NCBI GenBank assembly: GCA_002269645.1
Contig: NIVC01000654.1
Location: 189,009 to 253,008 of the forward strand
Origin: Macrostomum lignano
Taxonomy: Eukaryota
Direction: 5' to 3'
Length of the DNA: 64,000 nucleotides
A program made the translations under genes and the position numbers. The notes beneath the pieces are model-generated. The model did not search any database. It was given only the letters and a program-made list of their open reading frames with translations, and was not told the DNA's origin. Every line of letters starts with the position of its first letter. Position 1 is the first letter of the stretch. Shown piece after piece: positions 48,431 to 61,770 of this stretch.

Positions 48431-49194
48431 TCAGTTACTAAGACGGCCTTTCATATGCTCAGTTGCTGGGTTAGAATCGTCAAGGTGATGTTTCAATTTT
48501 GATGATGAGTGATGAATGATGATTAACGCAAAAGTGCACTTTTGACTTAGTTGAATTTCTGAAAAAAAGTCAACTGGGTTTCCTAGCGGGAGAGATGCGT
48601 TGAACTACAAGCACTTGCTGGATAAGAATTGTGTTGGTAAATTTATTCATCAACACGATTTGGTTTTTTATAGGCTGAGGTCTGGCCGGAAATTGAAAAA
48701 CTGAGATTATATAATCTACCCAAGATTGTGTAGTTTATTAATATAAAAAGTAAATTGTCGCAAGAGGGCTGCGGGCACCGGTCCCGCAACCCCAGCAGTG
48801 TAACAGATCCGGATGGAGCTTGTCGAAAATTACCGGAAGCTGTTCAAATCCTTCTTGGAAATTAGGGGCTCGCTGAGGTTCCCCCGCGGTGTGTTTTTTT
48901 CTTTGACAATTCCAAACAAATTCTGTTTGATCCTTCGGCCTACAACTTGCTGTTTTAATTCCCTAGAAAGCTGGCGTGACAGCTACGCACTTAAATAATT
49001 GATTACTCGCTCGTAAAGGTACCTGACTGACTGGCATATTTTGCATATTACTATAAACGTTAATTTTCTCGGAAACTCAAGTATCTTGTATCTGGCATCT
49101 CAGTGTCTCACTTCTATCTGCGTTTCAAACTTCAGTTACAATTGTATCTCACCAGACAGCAGCCTCAGTATTTATTAACTAGAGACCCCGGTTG

Positions 49195-49660
49195 TCTCTC
49201 CAGACATCAGACATCCCAGTATCTCACCAGACACATTGTCTCACCATGCAGACACTTCAGTATCTCATCAGACACCTAAGTATCTCACCAGACACATTGT
49301 CTCATCATGCAGACACCTCAGTATCTCACCAGATACCCCAGTATCTCATCAGACACCTAAATATCTCACCAGACACATTGTCTCATCATGCAGACACCTC
49401 AGTATCTCATCAGACACCTAAGTATCTCACCAGACACATTGTCTCATCATGCAGACACCTCAGTATCTCACCAGATACCCCAGTATCTCATCAGACACCT
49501 AAGTATCTCACCAGACACCCCAGTATCTCACTAGACACCTCAGTATCTTACCAGACACACCATTATCTCACCAGACGTTTACGAGTAAGTGTCTCACCAG
49601 AAATTTTCTGGTACCTCGCAAAGACACCTAACCAGCATCTAACCAGACATCCCAATTATC
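49195..49660. repeat. CAGACACC..GTATCTCA minisatellite with higher-order structure
   Basis: Repeated cagacac + (a/c)agtatctca units. Confidence 0.88.
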
Positions 49661-49851
49661 TCAGTCTCAATAAACGTTCTAATTGCTCTCTTAATTCTAC
49701 CCACAGCGCCTAATCAAGCTCTTCAGTACCTCAGCAGCCGTCCTCATAACTGCTCATTTGCTTATAGTTAACGATACTTCAACAAAGAGCCTTCAGGCAT
49801 CTGATGCCAAGCAGCATCCTCTCATTGCGTGTCTTTTTTTGCACCTGTACG

Positions 49852-50043
49852 CAGGGGCGGCGGAGCCTAATATTTTAGGAGGAGGGGCACCGGGCACAGG
49901 GCAAGGGGGGCACTGGTACCTTTATAAGCTGCTAATTATAGGACCTAAAATCATAAAAAGCGCTATAAATTACCACGTGGACTCATTTTCTGGGGGGGGG
50001 GGGGGGCACGTGCCCCCGGTGCCGCAAGCTCCCGCCGCCCATG
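49852..50043. mobile_element. hAT-type MITE (192 bp)
   Basis: TIRs CAGGGGCGGCGG / CCGCCGCCCATG; 8-bp TSD CCTGTACG at 49844-49851 and 50044-50051. Confidence 0.85.
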
Positions 50044-51074
50044 CCTGTACGAGAGCAAATATTTCAGAGACAAATTGCTTGCATCTGAACAGGTTATCAG
50101 TTGTTTAGTTGTCGCTAGTTGTTTCAGCTTTTCTCTTTCAAGCCTTCACTAGAATATTGGGTGCAGATTGTCAACGGGCCCGGCTGCAGCCCGAGGGGGA
50201 CAGCTCTCTACCGTAGTCCGCATTGCCTTTCCATTCCCTAACCCCGCAGCCCTGTCCCATCGTGCATTTCATTGTTTAGCCAATACACGGTTTACCATTG
50301 TCATGGAAACTGAATGGGGGGGGGGTCGCAAGGCGAGCGGCGGGGTGATGGGGGAGAGAAAAAAGAGCGGATAGGTGGAGGGGAGGGAGGTAGGGGGATA
50401 TGCAAACATGGCTGGCTGGTCCCAACTCCAGAGGGTCTGGGACAGGTCTAAATAATTGAAACTCAACCATACGGCTGAAGCAAGGGAAGCCATAGGCGAA
50501 TGTACTAGGCTAAGCTCAGCACGTCTCCTGTACGATTGACTGCATGCTATTTACTTCTGCGGGACTTTTCTTTTAGTTCGTGCGGCTGCAGCATCTGCGC
50601 CTCATCAGCCAACTGAGTGTGAGAGAGAGACAGATGCTGCAATGGGCTCCTATCGTCCCCTGTTGTATAGAAGAGAGACAATTGATGTCCCGGATTGAAC
50701 TGGGAAGAGAGGGAGAGAGGCGGGTAGTGTGCAGGCAGCCAAGGTAGATTTGAAACAATCTAGGCCTTACCTTGGCAACCGCTCTGTGGATTGGTTGGAG
50801 CAGCTGCTGCTGGATCAGAGAGAAAGGGACCAAATTCGCGTGTACAGTTGAGCAGACGGGATGCTGCCCGAGTAAAAAATTTTGGGAAGAAAATTTTCAG
50901 CATTTTCAGCGACGCTTTTAGAGGCAATATATACTATACGTAGGCGGGCCGGTTTCTGCCAGGAAAGCTTGACAGGTAGAGAAGTGAGTTCTATATCAGA
51001 ATTTGCAGCCAGCTGGTTAAGGAGGTAACTAAGTGATCCGCAAATTTGTATCAACGCAGTACAACACTAGCGAA

Positions 51075-54000
51075 AGTAAGTGCTCAATTTTTCCAGGGTT
51101 TAAGTACTCGTAATATTGTCTCCTCTGGTACTTTTTTCTGGAAAACATTTATTAGGATTCTTAAGATAATCGACGAGGTTCGTCAATGCAACGTAAAAGT
51201 ACATATTTGTCACCGACGTCGGGTGCTGTATGGGGAAAGAGCTGTATAAAAGTTGCTATAATTCTTGCTACAGATTAGTGAGAGCTGCAATATTTCAAAG
51301 GAATAACTGACTCAAATAACTGACGTATTTAATAAACCTACAAATGCTATTTCACGCATTTTCAAGTTGCTACTTGATTGTAAGTTTTCTAAAACAGAAG
51401 GCAAACAGTTAAATAAAAGCTCGGCTTTACTTCGATTACATAATGTGCCATCATCCCCAACTGGGATTTTTGACAAATTGACATAACTCGTCCCGAAGTC
51501 TCGAATTTTTCGAGTTTTTTTTCCAAGACCGAGTGACAATCACAAAGAAAAAATCAAGGATTTTCTTGGCATACGAGTATACCAAACAGTGGCGTAGCCA
51601 GGAATTTCAATTGGGGGGGGGCGGGTTGGCCTGGCTGGCCATGCCTTATGCCATTACCACTTTTGGCGCCACAGGCACTCATTTTGGCGCCGCAGGCACT
51701 CATTTTAGCGCCGCAGGCACTCATTTTAGCGCCGCAGGCACTCATTTTAGCGCCGCAGGCACTCATTTTAGCGCCGCAGGCACTCATTTTGGCGCTGCAG
51801 GCACTCATTTTGGCGCTGCAGGCACTCATTTTGGCGCTGCAGGCACTCATTTTGGCGCCGCAGGCACTCATTTTAGCGCCGCAGGCACTCAATTGCCTCA
51901 TGGTTTTTGGTACCCGCCGCGCCCAACCCCACTCCCCAGGCGATTGGGGGGGGGGGCCGCGGCCCCCCGCCCCCGCCTGGCTACGCCACTGATACCAAAC
52001 ATTGCGTCATAGCTAGGCTAGAAAGGCTATCTAGACTTTCGTACGCTGTGGGTTCTATTTTTTTAAACTCTGTACGAGTTGTACGTACCCAATCTTTTTT
52101 ATACCGAACGCACTCACTCCATTTGCACATTTTCATCGGTGGTAAGCACAATCACGACCACCCCCCCCCCCCCGACTGTCGTGTGTACATTGCTTTTTGT
52201 CGAGACTTTCTTAGTTATTTCTTCATGTCATCCACCCTCGTCTCTGTTTTTTCTCCCTCTCCTGTCCAGTTTAGTCTTGCTATTCTTAACTCTCTCCCTC
52301 GCTGCCTTCTGATTGGCTCTTCAATCTCGCCTCTTTCCTCAATCGCGCACTCCACCCCTCCTCTCCTTTTCTTATCTGATTCTTATTCAACCATCCCTCT
52401 CCTTCAGCGCAACTCTCTTTTCCACCAGTAATTTGAATCTTATGGCGGGAGGGAGAGTAACCCATCCACGTAATTTGAAAATCCACCCCAACCCACCCCA
52501 CCAAAGGTATAGCTCGTAGGGTGTACATTCCCTCATAATAAGCAAAATTAGGATCGATGTACATTCTACAGTGTACTTGTTGATACATCGATGTGCGTGC
52601 CCAGGGGTCTACGGGATGGACATGAACATGACGTCCAAGACTACTTGCTGTATATTCTTTCTATTTTTAGAAACACTGCAACCACCTCACTGCCGTGACG
52701 CTTAATATTAATCCCTTGCGGCAACTGCATGCTTAACGCTTAATTGTTTACTATTTTACCTTGCTTTATTTTAAAAAACAAACCAACCCAGTGGGCGGCT
52801 GCAATAGCAAAGACGCCGACGGCCCCGGCCAGTACCTGTTGTACACCTGCCCCGGTCACAGCGGCGGCATCAACTGCATGGCGCTAAGCGACGACGGTTC
52901 GGTTATCGCCACTGGCAGCGAAGATTCCACGGCTCGACTGTGGACTACTCGGACTGAGGAGTGCGAATGCATCGGCGTTCTGGCTGGTGAGTTGCTGGAG
53001 GGTATGGATGATGGAACTGAAGGATACGCAGTGATCTACTGAAGGATAGGCAGTGATCTACTGAAGGATAGGCAGTGATCTACTGAATGATATGCAGTGA
53101 TCTACTGAATGATATGCAGTGATCTACTGAAGGATAGGCAGTGATCTACTGAATGATATGCAGTGATCTACTGAAGGATAGGCAGTGATCTACTGAATGA
53201 TATGCAGTGATCTACTGAAGGATAGGCAGTGATCTACTGAAGGATACGCAGTGATCTACTGAAGGATACGCAGTGATCTACTGAAGGATAGGCAGTGATC
53301 TACTGAAGGATAGGCAGTGATCTACTGAATGATATGCAGTGATCTACTGTATGATATGCAGTGATCTACTGTATGATATGCAGTGATCTACTGAATGATA
53401 GGCAGTGATCTACTGAATGATATCCAGTGATCTACTGAAGGATAGGCAGTGATCTACTGAATGATATGCAGTGATCTACTGAAGGATAGGCAGTGATCTA
53501 CTGAAGGATATGCAGTGACCTACTGAAGGATAGGCAGTGATCTACTGAATGATATGCAGTGATCTACTGAAGGATATGCAGTGATCTACTGAAGGATAGG
53601 CAGTGATCTACTGAAGGATAGGCAGTGATCTACTGAATGATAGGCAGTGATCTACTGAATGATATGCAGTGATCTACTGAAGGATAGGCAGTGATCTACT
53701 GAATGATATGCAGTGATCTACTGAATGATATGCAGTGATCTACTGAATGATATGCAGTGATCTACTGAATGATATGCAGTGATCTACTGAAGGATAGGCA
53801 GTGATCTACTGAAGGATAGGCAGTGATCTACTGAATGATAGGCAGTGATCTACTGAATGATATGCAGTGATCTACTGAAGGATAGGCAGTGATCTACTGA
53901 ATGATATGCAGTGATCTACTGAATGATATGCAGTGATCTACTGAATGATATGCAGTGATCTACTGAATGATATGCAGTGATCTACTGAAGGATAGGCAGT

Positions 54001-57000
54001 GATCTACTGAATGATATGCAGTGATCTACTGAATGATATGCAGTGATCTACTGAATGATATGCAGTGATCTACTGAATGATATGCAGTGATCTACTGAAT
54101 GATATGCAGTGATCTAATGAATGATATGCAGTGATCTACTGAAGGATATGCAGTGATCTACTGAATGATATGCAGTGATCTACTGAATGATATGCAGTGA
54201 TCTACTGAATGATATGCAGTGATCTACTGAATGATATGCAGTGATCTACTGAATGATATGCAGTGACCTACTGAATGATATGCAGTGATCTACTGAATGA
54301 TATGCAGTGACCTACTGAATGATAGGCAGTGATCTAATGAATGATATGCAGTGATCTACTGAAGGATAGGCAGTGATCTACTGAAGGATAGGCAGTGATC
54401 TACTGAATGATATGCAGTGATCTACTGAATGATATGCAGTGATCTACTGAAGGATAGGCAGTGATCTACTGAATGATATGCAGTGATCTACTGAATGATA
54501 GGCAGTGATCTAATGAATGATATGCAGTGATCTACTGAATGATATGCAGTGATCTACTGAAGGATAGGCAGTGATCTACTGAATGATATGCAGTGATCTA
54601 CTGAATGATAGGCAGTGATCTACTGAATGATATGCAGTGATCTACTGAATGATAGGCAGTGATCTAATGAATGATATGCAGTGATCTACTGAATGATAGG
54701 CAGTGATCTACTGAAGGATAGGCAGTGATCTACTGAAGGATATGCAGTGATCTACTGAATGATAGGCAGTGATCTACTGAAGGATAGGCAGTGATCTACT
54801 GAATGATATGCAGTGATCTACTGAATGATAGGCAGTGATCTACTGAATGATAGGCAGTGATCTACTGAAGGATAGGCAGTGATCTAATGAATGATATGCA
54901 GTGACCTTACTGAAGGATATGCAGTGACCTTACTGAAGGATATGCAGTGACCTACTGAATGATAAACAGTGACCTACTGAAGAATGTACTTTAGGAATTT
55001 TCTACGAAAGGATGTAATCCGCTTATAGGCACAGCAAAAGGCCAGACTTAACCAAGCACAACCTGTTAAAAACGCCTTAGGCCACTCCGACTACATCAAC
55101 TGCATGGCATTCATGGAGCACTACCTGCTCACTGGCAGCAATGACAAGACAATCCGCAAATGGGACGTGGCCAGCTGCGATTGCGTGTTCGTGTTCAGCG
55201 GCCACGCCTCTCTCATTAATCGAATCATTTGCACCGGCGATTTCATTTTCACTTCGTCCTACGATAGGACGGCTCGAGCCTGGGACTTTGACAATGGCGA
55301 CCTCATCAGGGTGTTCTCCGGGCACAAGCGCGGAGTCTATCCCATGATCTTCATCACGGGCGAGGACGACGCGGCTAATGACGAGTTTGGCATCGACGCC
55401 GGCCGAGACTTGCTGGTCACCGGCAGCGCCGATTTTACCGCAAAATTGTGGAGCTTTGAGTCCGGCAAATGTCTGCGCACCTTTAAAGGTGAGGACTGAT
55501 GGAGTGGATGGGGAAGAAGAGACGGAAGGATTTGAAGGGATTAAAGAGTGACTTGAATGGATTAACGGACGCTTTGAAGGGATTAAAGGGAGGGTTGAAG
55601 GGATTGAAGGGAGGTTCATAGGGAATAAACAGGATAAAAGAGAGTTGAAAGGATTAAAAGGGGGTTGATTGGACTGAAAAGAGGGTTGAAGGGATTAAAT
55701 GGAGAGTTGAATAGGATTAAAGGGATTTTCAAACGGATTAAAAGGAAGAGTTAAAGGGATTAAAGGGAGGGTCGAAGGGATTAAAGGGAGGGTTGATGGG
55801 ATTAAAGGGAGGGTTGATGGGATTAAAGGGAGGGTTGATGGGATTAAAGGGAGAGTTGAATAGGATTAAAGGGATTTTCAAACGGATTAAAAGGAAGAGT
55901 TAAAGGGATTAAAGGGAGGGTCGAAGGGATTAAAGGGAGGGTTGATGGGATTAAAGGGAGGGTTGATGGGATTAAAGGGAGGGTTGATGGGATTAAAGGG
56001 AGGGTTGATGGGATTAAAGGGAGGGTTGATGGGATTAAAGGGAGGGTTGATGGGATTAAAGGGAGGGTTGATGGGATTAAAGGGAGGGTTGATGGGATTA
56101 AAGGGAGGGTTGATGGGATTAAAGGGAGGGTTGATGGGATTAAAGGGAGGGTTGATGGGATTAAAGGGAGGGTTGATGGGATTAAAGGGAGGGTTGATGG
56201 GATTAAAGGGAGGGTTGATGGGATTAAAGGGAGGGTTGATGGGATTAAAGGGAGGCTTGAAGGGATTAAAGAGAGAGTTAGAGGCATTCGAATTGAGAGA
56301 TTTATTAATCTTCCCTTAAAATAATGAACTGAATGAATTGAAGAGATCTCAAAGAGTTCTTCATGATGTTTGAGAAGCTGTTGCAATCACAAACATAAGG
56401 GTAATTGTTGTTTCACCTACGGCAGGTCACACGGGCGCCATCACCTGCATGGGCATGGACAATAAAGGCAGCACTCTGTTCACCGGCAGCACCGACATGA
56501 CCGTCCGCAGCTGGAACATGGTCACCGGCGAGGAGCTGAAACTATTCGAAGGACATCAGGCGTCCATCATCTGCCTGCAGGTGGCCGGGAAGCTGGTCTA
56601 TTCAGGTAGCTCAGATCACACGGCCAGGGCTTGGGTGATCGAGTTCGGCCACTGCACCCGCGTGTTCAAGGGGCACCGGCACACCGTCAGCTCGCTGAAG
56701 GTGCACAAAGGATTCTGTAAGTACCTGTGCTGCTGCCTGCGTGTCTGTCTGAGTGTCTGTCTCAGTCTCACAGTGTCTGTCTTAGTGTCTGTCATAGTGT
56801 CTGTCTTAGTGTTTGTCTCAGTCTCACAGTGTCTGTCTTAGTGTCTGTCATAGTGTCTGTATTAGTGTCTGTATTAGTTTCTGTATTAGTGTCTGTCTTA
56901 GTGTCTGTATTAGTGTCTGTCTTAGTGTCTGTATTAGTGTCTGTATTAGTGTCTGTATTAGTGTCTGTATTAGTGTCTGTATTAGTGTCTGTCTTAGTGT

Positions 57001-58892
57001 CTGTCTTAGTGTCTGTATTAGTGTCTGTATTAGTGTCTGTCTTAGTGTCTGTATTAGTGTCTGTCATAGTGTCTGTATTAGCGTCTGTATTAGTGTCTGT
57101 ATTACTGTCCCTATTATTGTCTGTATTAGTGTCTGTATTAGCGTCTGTATTAGTGTGTGTATTAGTGTCTGTATTAGTGACTGTATTAGTGTGTGTATTA
57201 GTGTGTGTATTAGTGTCTGTATTAGTGTCTGTATAAGTGTGTGTATTAGCGTCTGTATTAGTGTGTGTATTAGTGTGTGTATTAGTGTCTGTATTAGTGT
57301 CTGTATTAGTGTCGTAGTAGTGTCTGTATTAGTGTCTGTATTAGTGTCTGTATTAGTGTCTGTGTTAGTGTCTGTATTAGTGTCTGTATTAGTGTCTGTC
57401 TTAGTGTCTGTATTAGTGTCTGTATTAGTGTCTGTCTTAGTGTCTGTATTAGTGTCTGTATTAGTGTCTGTATTAGTGTCTGTATTAGTGTCGTAGTAGT
57501 GTCTGTATTAGTGTCTGTATTAGTGTCTGTATTAGTGTCTGTGTTAGTGTCTGTATTAGTGTCTGTATTAGTGTCTGTGTTAGTGTCTGTATTAGTGACT
57601 GTATTAGTGTCTGTATTAGTGTCTGTGTTAGTGTCTGTATTAGTGACTGTATTAGTGTCTGTATTGGTGTCTGTCTTAGTGTCTGTATTAGTGTCTGTAT
57701 TAGTGTCTGTCTTAGTGTCTGTATTAGTGTCTGTATTCGTGTCTGTATTAGTGTCTGTATTAGCGTCTGTATTAGTGTCTGTATTCGTGTCTGTATTAGT
57801 GTCTGTATTAGCGTCTGTCTTAGTGTCTGTATTCGTGTCTGTATTAGTTTCTGTATTAGTGTCTGTATTAGTTTCTGTATTAGTGTCTGTCTTAGTGTCT
57901 GTGTTAGTGTCTGTATTAGTGTCTGTGTTAGTGTCTGTCTTAGTGTCTGTGCTAGCCTGCCATTGTTTATATCTCAGTGTCTGTCTCAGTGTCCGTGACA
58001 TGCAGCTGCCAATCGCTCCATCAACCATTAATCCAGTGGTGACATCCTGCGGCGATGGAATAGTTCGCGTTTTCGACGCCAAGTCCGGTTCAATTCAGCG
58101 AAGTTTCCGCGGCCACGACAACATGGTGAACTGCTTCAAGGTGAGCGGAGATGAGATGAGGAGTTGTGCTCTTGGTAGATCGGTAGATCAAGCTGGGTAG
58201 GTCGGTAGATCAAGCTGGGTAGGTCGGTAGATCAAGATGGGTAGGTCGGTAGATCATGTTGGGTAGATCGGTAGATGAAGAGGGGTAGATCGGTAGATGA
58301 AGAGGGGTAGATCGGTAGATGAAGAAGGGTAGATCGGTAGATGAAGAGGGGTAGATCGGTAGATGAAGAGGGGTAGATCGGTAGATGAAGAGGGGTAGAT
58401 CGGTAGATGAAGAGGGGTAGATCGGTAGATGAAGAGGGGTAGATCGGTAGATGGGTAGCTAGAGACGCTATAGATCGGGACAGATACAGATCAGCTCGAA
58501 GAAAAAAATGGACTCTTCTCAACCGGCAGATTGTGGACGAGAAGATCTTCACCGGGTCCTATGACACCACAATGCGCATCTGGGACATGAGCAACATCGA
58601 GGACGATCTCAACGTGCTCAAAGACAAGTCCAAAGCTGGCAAAGCCGGCGCCAAAAAGAAGGACAAAGACCGGAAGAAGAATTCTATTGAACCGACATCT
58701 GCCGGCCTCGGGAACGGCGTCGGTGTCGGTGGCGGCGGCGTCGGCAGCGCCCCCGGCTCGGCCAATCAGCGACCGGAGGACGAGAAAATTCTCATCGACG
58801 ACTCGCTGTCGCCGAGCAAGTCGCCGGAATCGGCCACGCCGAGCCACGACCAGCAGCTGCAGCAGCGGAACGGCAGCGCTTCGATGGCTTGA
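51075..58892 (+). CDS. WDR86: WD repeat-containing protein 86 (~453 aa)
   Basis: WD40 blades match the WDR86 pattern (GHSGGINCMALSDDGSVIATGSEDSTARLW; FTSSYDRTARAW; LLVTGSADFTAKLW; LVYSGSSDHTARAW). Exons: 51075 (A of a split ATG, inferred), 52792-52986, 55081-55488, 56426-56716, 58037-58140, 58530-58892; phases consistent. Confidence 0.88.
51587..51991. mobile_element. hAT-type MITE (405 bp) with an internal 21-bp tandem array
   Basis: TIR CAGTGGCGTAGCCAGG / CCTGGCTACGCCACTG; 8-bp TSD ATACCAAA at 51579-51586 and 51992-51999; about 11 units of TTTT[G/A]GCGCCGCAGGCACTCA. Confidence 0.92.
53025..54985. repeat. 22-bp minisatellite (CAGTGATCTACTGAA[G/T]GATA[G/T]G), WDR86 intron 2
   Basis: Period 22 over about 2 kb, using a few binary variant positions. 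Confidence 0.98.
55500..56280. repeat. 21-bp minisatellite (GGGATTAAAGGGAGGGTTGAT), WDR86 intron 3
   Basis: Period 21. Confidence 0.96.
56740..57950. repeat. 12-bp minisatellite (TAGTGTCTGTAT), WDR86 intron 4
   Basis: Period 12; source of the spurious VSVL and TDTN ORFs. Confidence 0.97.
58175..58460. repeat. 22-bp minisatellite (GGGTAGATCGGTAGATGAAGAG), WDR86 intron 5
   Basis: Period 22. Confidence 0.93.
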
Positions 58893-60389
58893 CCTCGCGT
58901 GACCTTTGACCTTTGAGCCCGTCTTGAGTCTTTTTGTGCTTCATAACTCTGCTTTAAATATGCCTTCATCTCCTCTGACCTCGTGCGTCCTTATGTGGCC
59001 TGAAGTAAGATTAAGTGTCCTCACGTGAACTCAAATTTACCTCATCTGACCTCGTGTGACCTAGTGAGATTCCACACGTGACCTGATATGACCTCCAATG
59101 ACCATAAAGTGACTTGAACTGGCCCCTTATTGTGATCTTCATTTAATCTCGTTGAGACCCGACCCTGACCTTGACCTCTCATGACCCCAAGTTGAACCCA
59201 CAGATAATAAAAGAACTGGATGGGCCACTCAGGCATATATACTTAGTAAAACAGCTTTCTACTTTCAGTTCAGTAGCAAAGAAGAATACATAAGCTATTT
59301 TACGAGTATAAACAAAGGCAGCTGAAATGACTTTGATAAGTTTAGAAGCCCAAGCTTGCAAGCGCAAAACAACTTGCTAATTGGTTCAGCAATAATGTAC
59401 ATTAGCCAGTCCACTGAAATATACATGGCAGCTTTAGGCTGGAATTCCAAGAAAGGCAATAAAAATTGGGAGGGGGGGCGGGGGGTGGAGGTAGAGTGGA
59501 AAGGCGCGGTGGGAGGTTTAAGTGGGGGGTAAGAGCAATAAATAAGCCTTGGCTTTTAAAATACATTAAAATGCTTCCGCTTAACTTGCTACTGAACTGA
59601 AAGTAGTTTACACGCAAATGTGCTGAGTGGCCCAACTAGTTATTCTAGTATCTGTGGTTGAACCCAAGAAGAAAGACGATGGTAACCATTTACATTTCAT
59701 TTCATTTACATTTCCTGCTATTATCAAGCACAATCGCCTTTCTTATTGTCGTAACTGGAATTTAACTTTTGAAACAAAAAACTTATAGCGTAAAAATCCT
59801 TCAATTGTTAAAACTATTTATTTCGAATATTTTTCGGGTCGATAAATTTTTTAACCGGATATTATTATTCAGTTATCCTAACCACTTCAAGTTCGAGTCG
59901 AATGCTCTGTTATCTCATACTTTTTGTGTTACATGCAAATTTCTGTTTTTGCATGACCTGCCGCAATGCTTGTTGTGTGTGTGTGTGATTAAATGCTTAT
60001 AAAAGTGTCTATAATAATTTACTATTTGCCAATAAAACTTTGAATTGTACCTTAATTATCCGTAATTCTGACTGTTTTTTTCGTCTTTTCTGATCTCTGT
60101 TTTTACAGTGTATGAGCAAAAAATATTCTAATGACAGCATATTTATGCAATAAGCCTGTGCATCTGGTATCCCATATTTATTTATTACCTTGGATTATGA
60201 GAAAAATATTTTTTATGAACTTAATAAACGGAATTCTGTACCAAATTCAATTTTTTGCTTTTTATCCGCTTCTTCCTACTTACTAAGTAGCGTGGTAAGA
60301 GGTTTAGCAGTTGTGGTATTTATTAAAGACATCGCTGGGATCTGAGGGCAGTGCCTGCCACTTTACCGCACCCATGCAAAACCTGACGC

Positions 60390-60560
60390 CTTTATTTATA
60401 TTCTGACATCTCATTTGCAGACCCTGACGCCTTATTTACAGACCCTGACAGCCCAGTTGCAGACCCTGACATCTCATTCACAGACCCTGACATCTCGTTT
60501 GCAGACCCTGATATCTCATTTGCAGATCCTGACACCTCATTTGCAGATCCTGACGCCTTT
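60390..60560. repeat. 21-bp repeat (GCAGACCCTGACATCTCATTT)
   Basis: About 8 degenerate units. Confidence 0.85.
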
Positions 60561-61539
60561 TTAAACATCCTGACATATTTATAGCCATAAACGAGAAATA
60601 TGAGCGGATTGACACCTATTGACAGGTATAATTAGAGCAGCTCCTCTTATCCACAGTCATCTGTCATACTATCATCGCTAAAGAAAAAAAATTGTCGGTG
60701 CATGCTAACACACTTGTCTTTCATTTGCTGAGCACTCGCTCAACTGTCTGCAGAAGTTTCTAGTTTCTGTGCTATTGAGAATGGTGTGAGAGCGAGAGAG
60801 CTTACCTGGCCCCGTGAAGAATTTAATTAAATCAATTCAAGAACCCTCTACAGATTGAAGAATGGAGTAGGTAGCCCCTGTTGAGTTCGGAGGTGTAGCT
60901 GCCAAACCGCTGGACTATGGACAGGCGCTCACACACTTGCACCCTCTTCACTTTCTCCTCTAACTCTCTCTCTCTGTCTCTCTGGTGCCGGGCACAGTGA
61001 AACTTTCACCTTAATAAGGTTCCCCTGCCTCCAGAATAGCACTAGCATGTGGAGCATATGGCACAGAGCCGCAAGCCTGTTCTCTCTCTCTCTCTTCCCC
61101 CCTACGCTTTTGTCTCCGTGCCAAACTCACACTTGCGCTGTTATTAATATCTCTCTCTCGGAGGCCAAGTGTGTGTGGCCTCCGAGCCACCAGTTCGCAG
61201 TGCAGGCACCTGGACTATGGGAACCGCGAGAGGGGGTAACCGGCGCGCACTTGAAAATGGTCCCCATGGGGGGGTGTGACATAGCAAACCACTTAACACC
61301 TAGCTTCGCATGGCTGTTGTTTCACCGACCCCCATATACAATACTAACTTGAGCTGTTATAAAGTCCAGTGCCGCTGGACAGGAAAGAACTGGATGGGTT
61401 CAGTTAACTCGTACAGCTTGTACTGCCGTTCTTAGATTCCTTTTTTATCCGTAGATTCAGGTAATTAGCCCAGAAACACGGCCTAAATTTAGTAGGATAA
61501 TCACAAACTATTCGATAATTTCTGAGCAGTCAAATCACA

Positions 61540-61770
61540 AGGATGTACAGGTGTGCTTGTACAGATGTACTTGTACAGGTGTGTTTGTATAGAGTGCTTG
61601 TACAGGTGTGCTTGTACAGGTGTTCTTGTACAGGTGCACAGGGTTAGTGTGCTTGTACAGGTGTACTTGTACAGGTGTGCTTATACAGAGTGCTTGTACA
61701 GGTGTGCTTGTACAGGTGTTCTTGTACAGGTGTGCTTGTACAGGTGTGCTTGTACAGGTGCACAGGGTTG
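61540..61770. repeat. 14-bp repeat (TGTACAGGTGTGCT)
   Basis: Period 14; directly upstream of a SINE-B fragment. Confidence 0.9.

Noticed and set aside
50585-50615. Hammerhead ribozyme (CTGATGAG on the minus strand; also checked 21921 and 34542)
   Set aside because: No correctly placed GAAA core or closing helices.
60895-61280. Second solo LTR (TGTAG..TGACA)
   Set aside because: No target-site duplication on the flanks and no second copy in the window.
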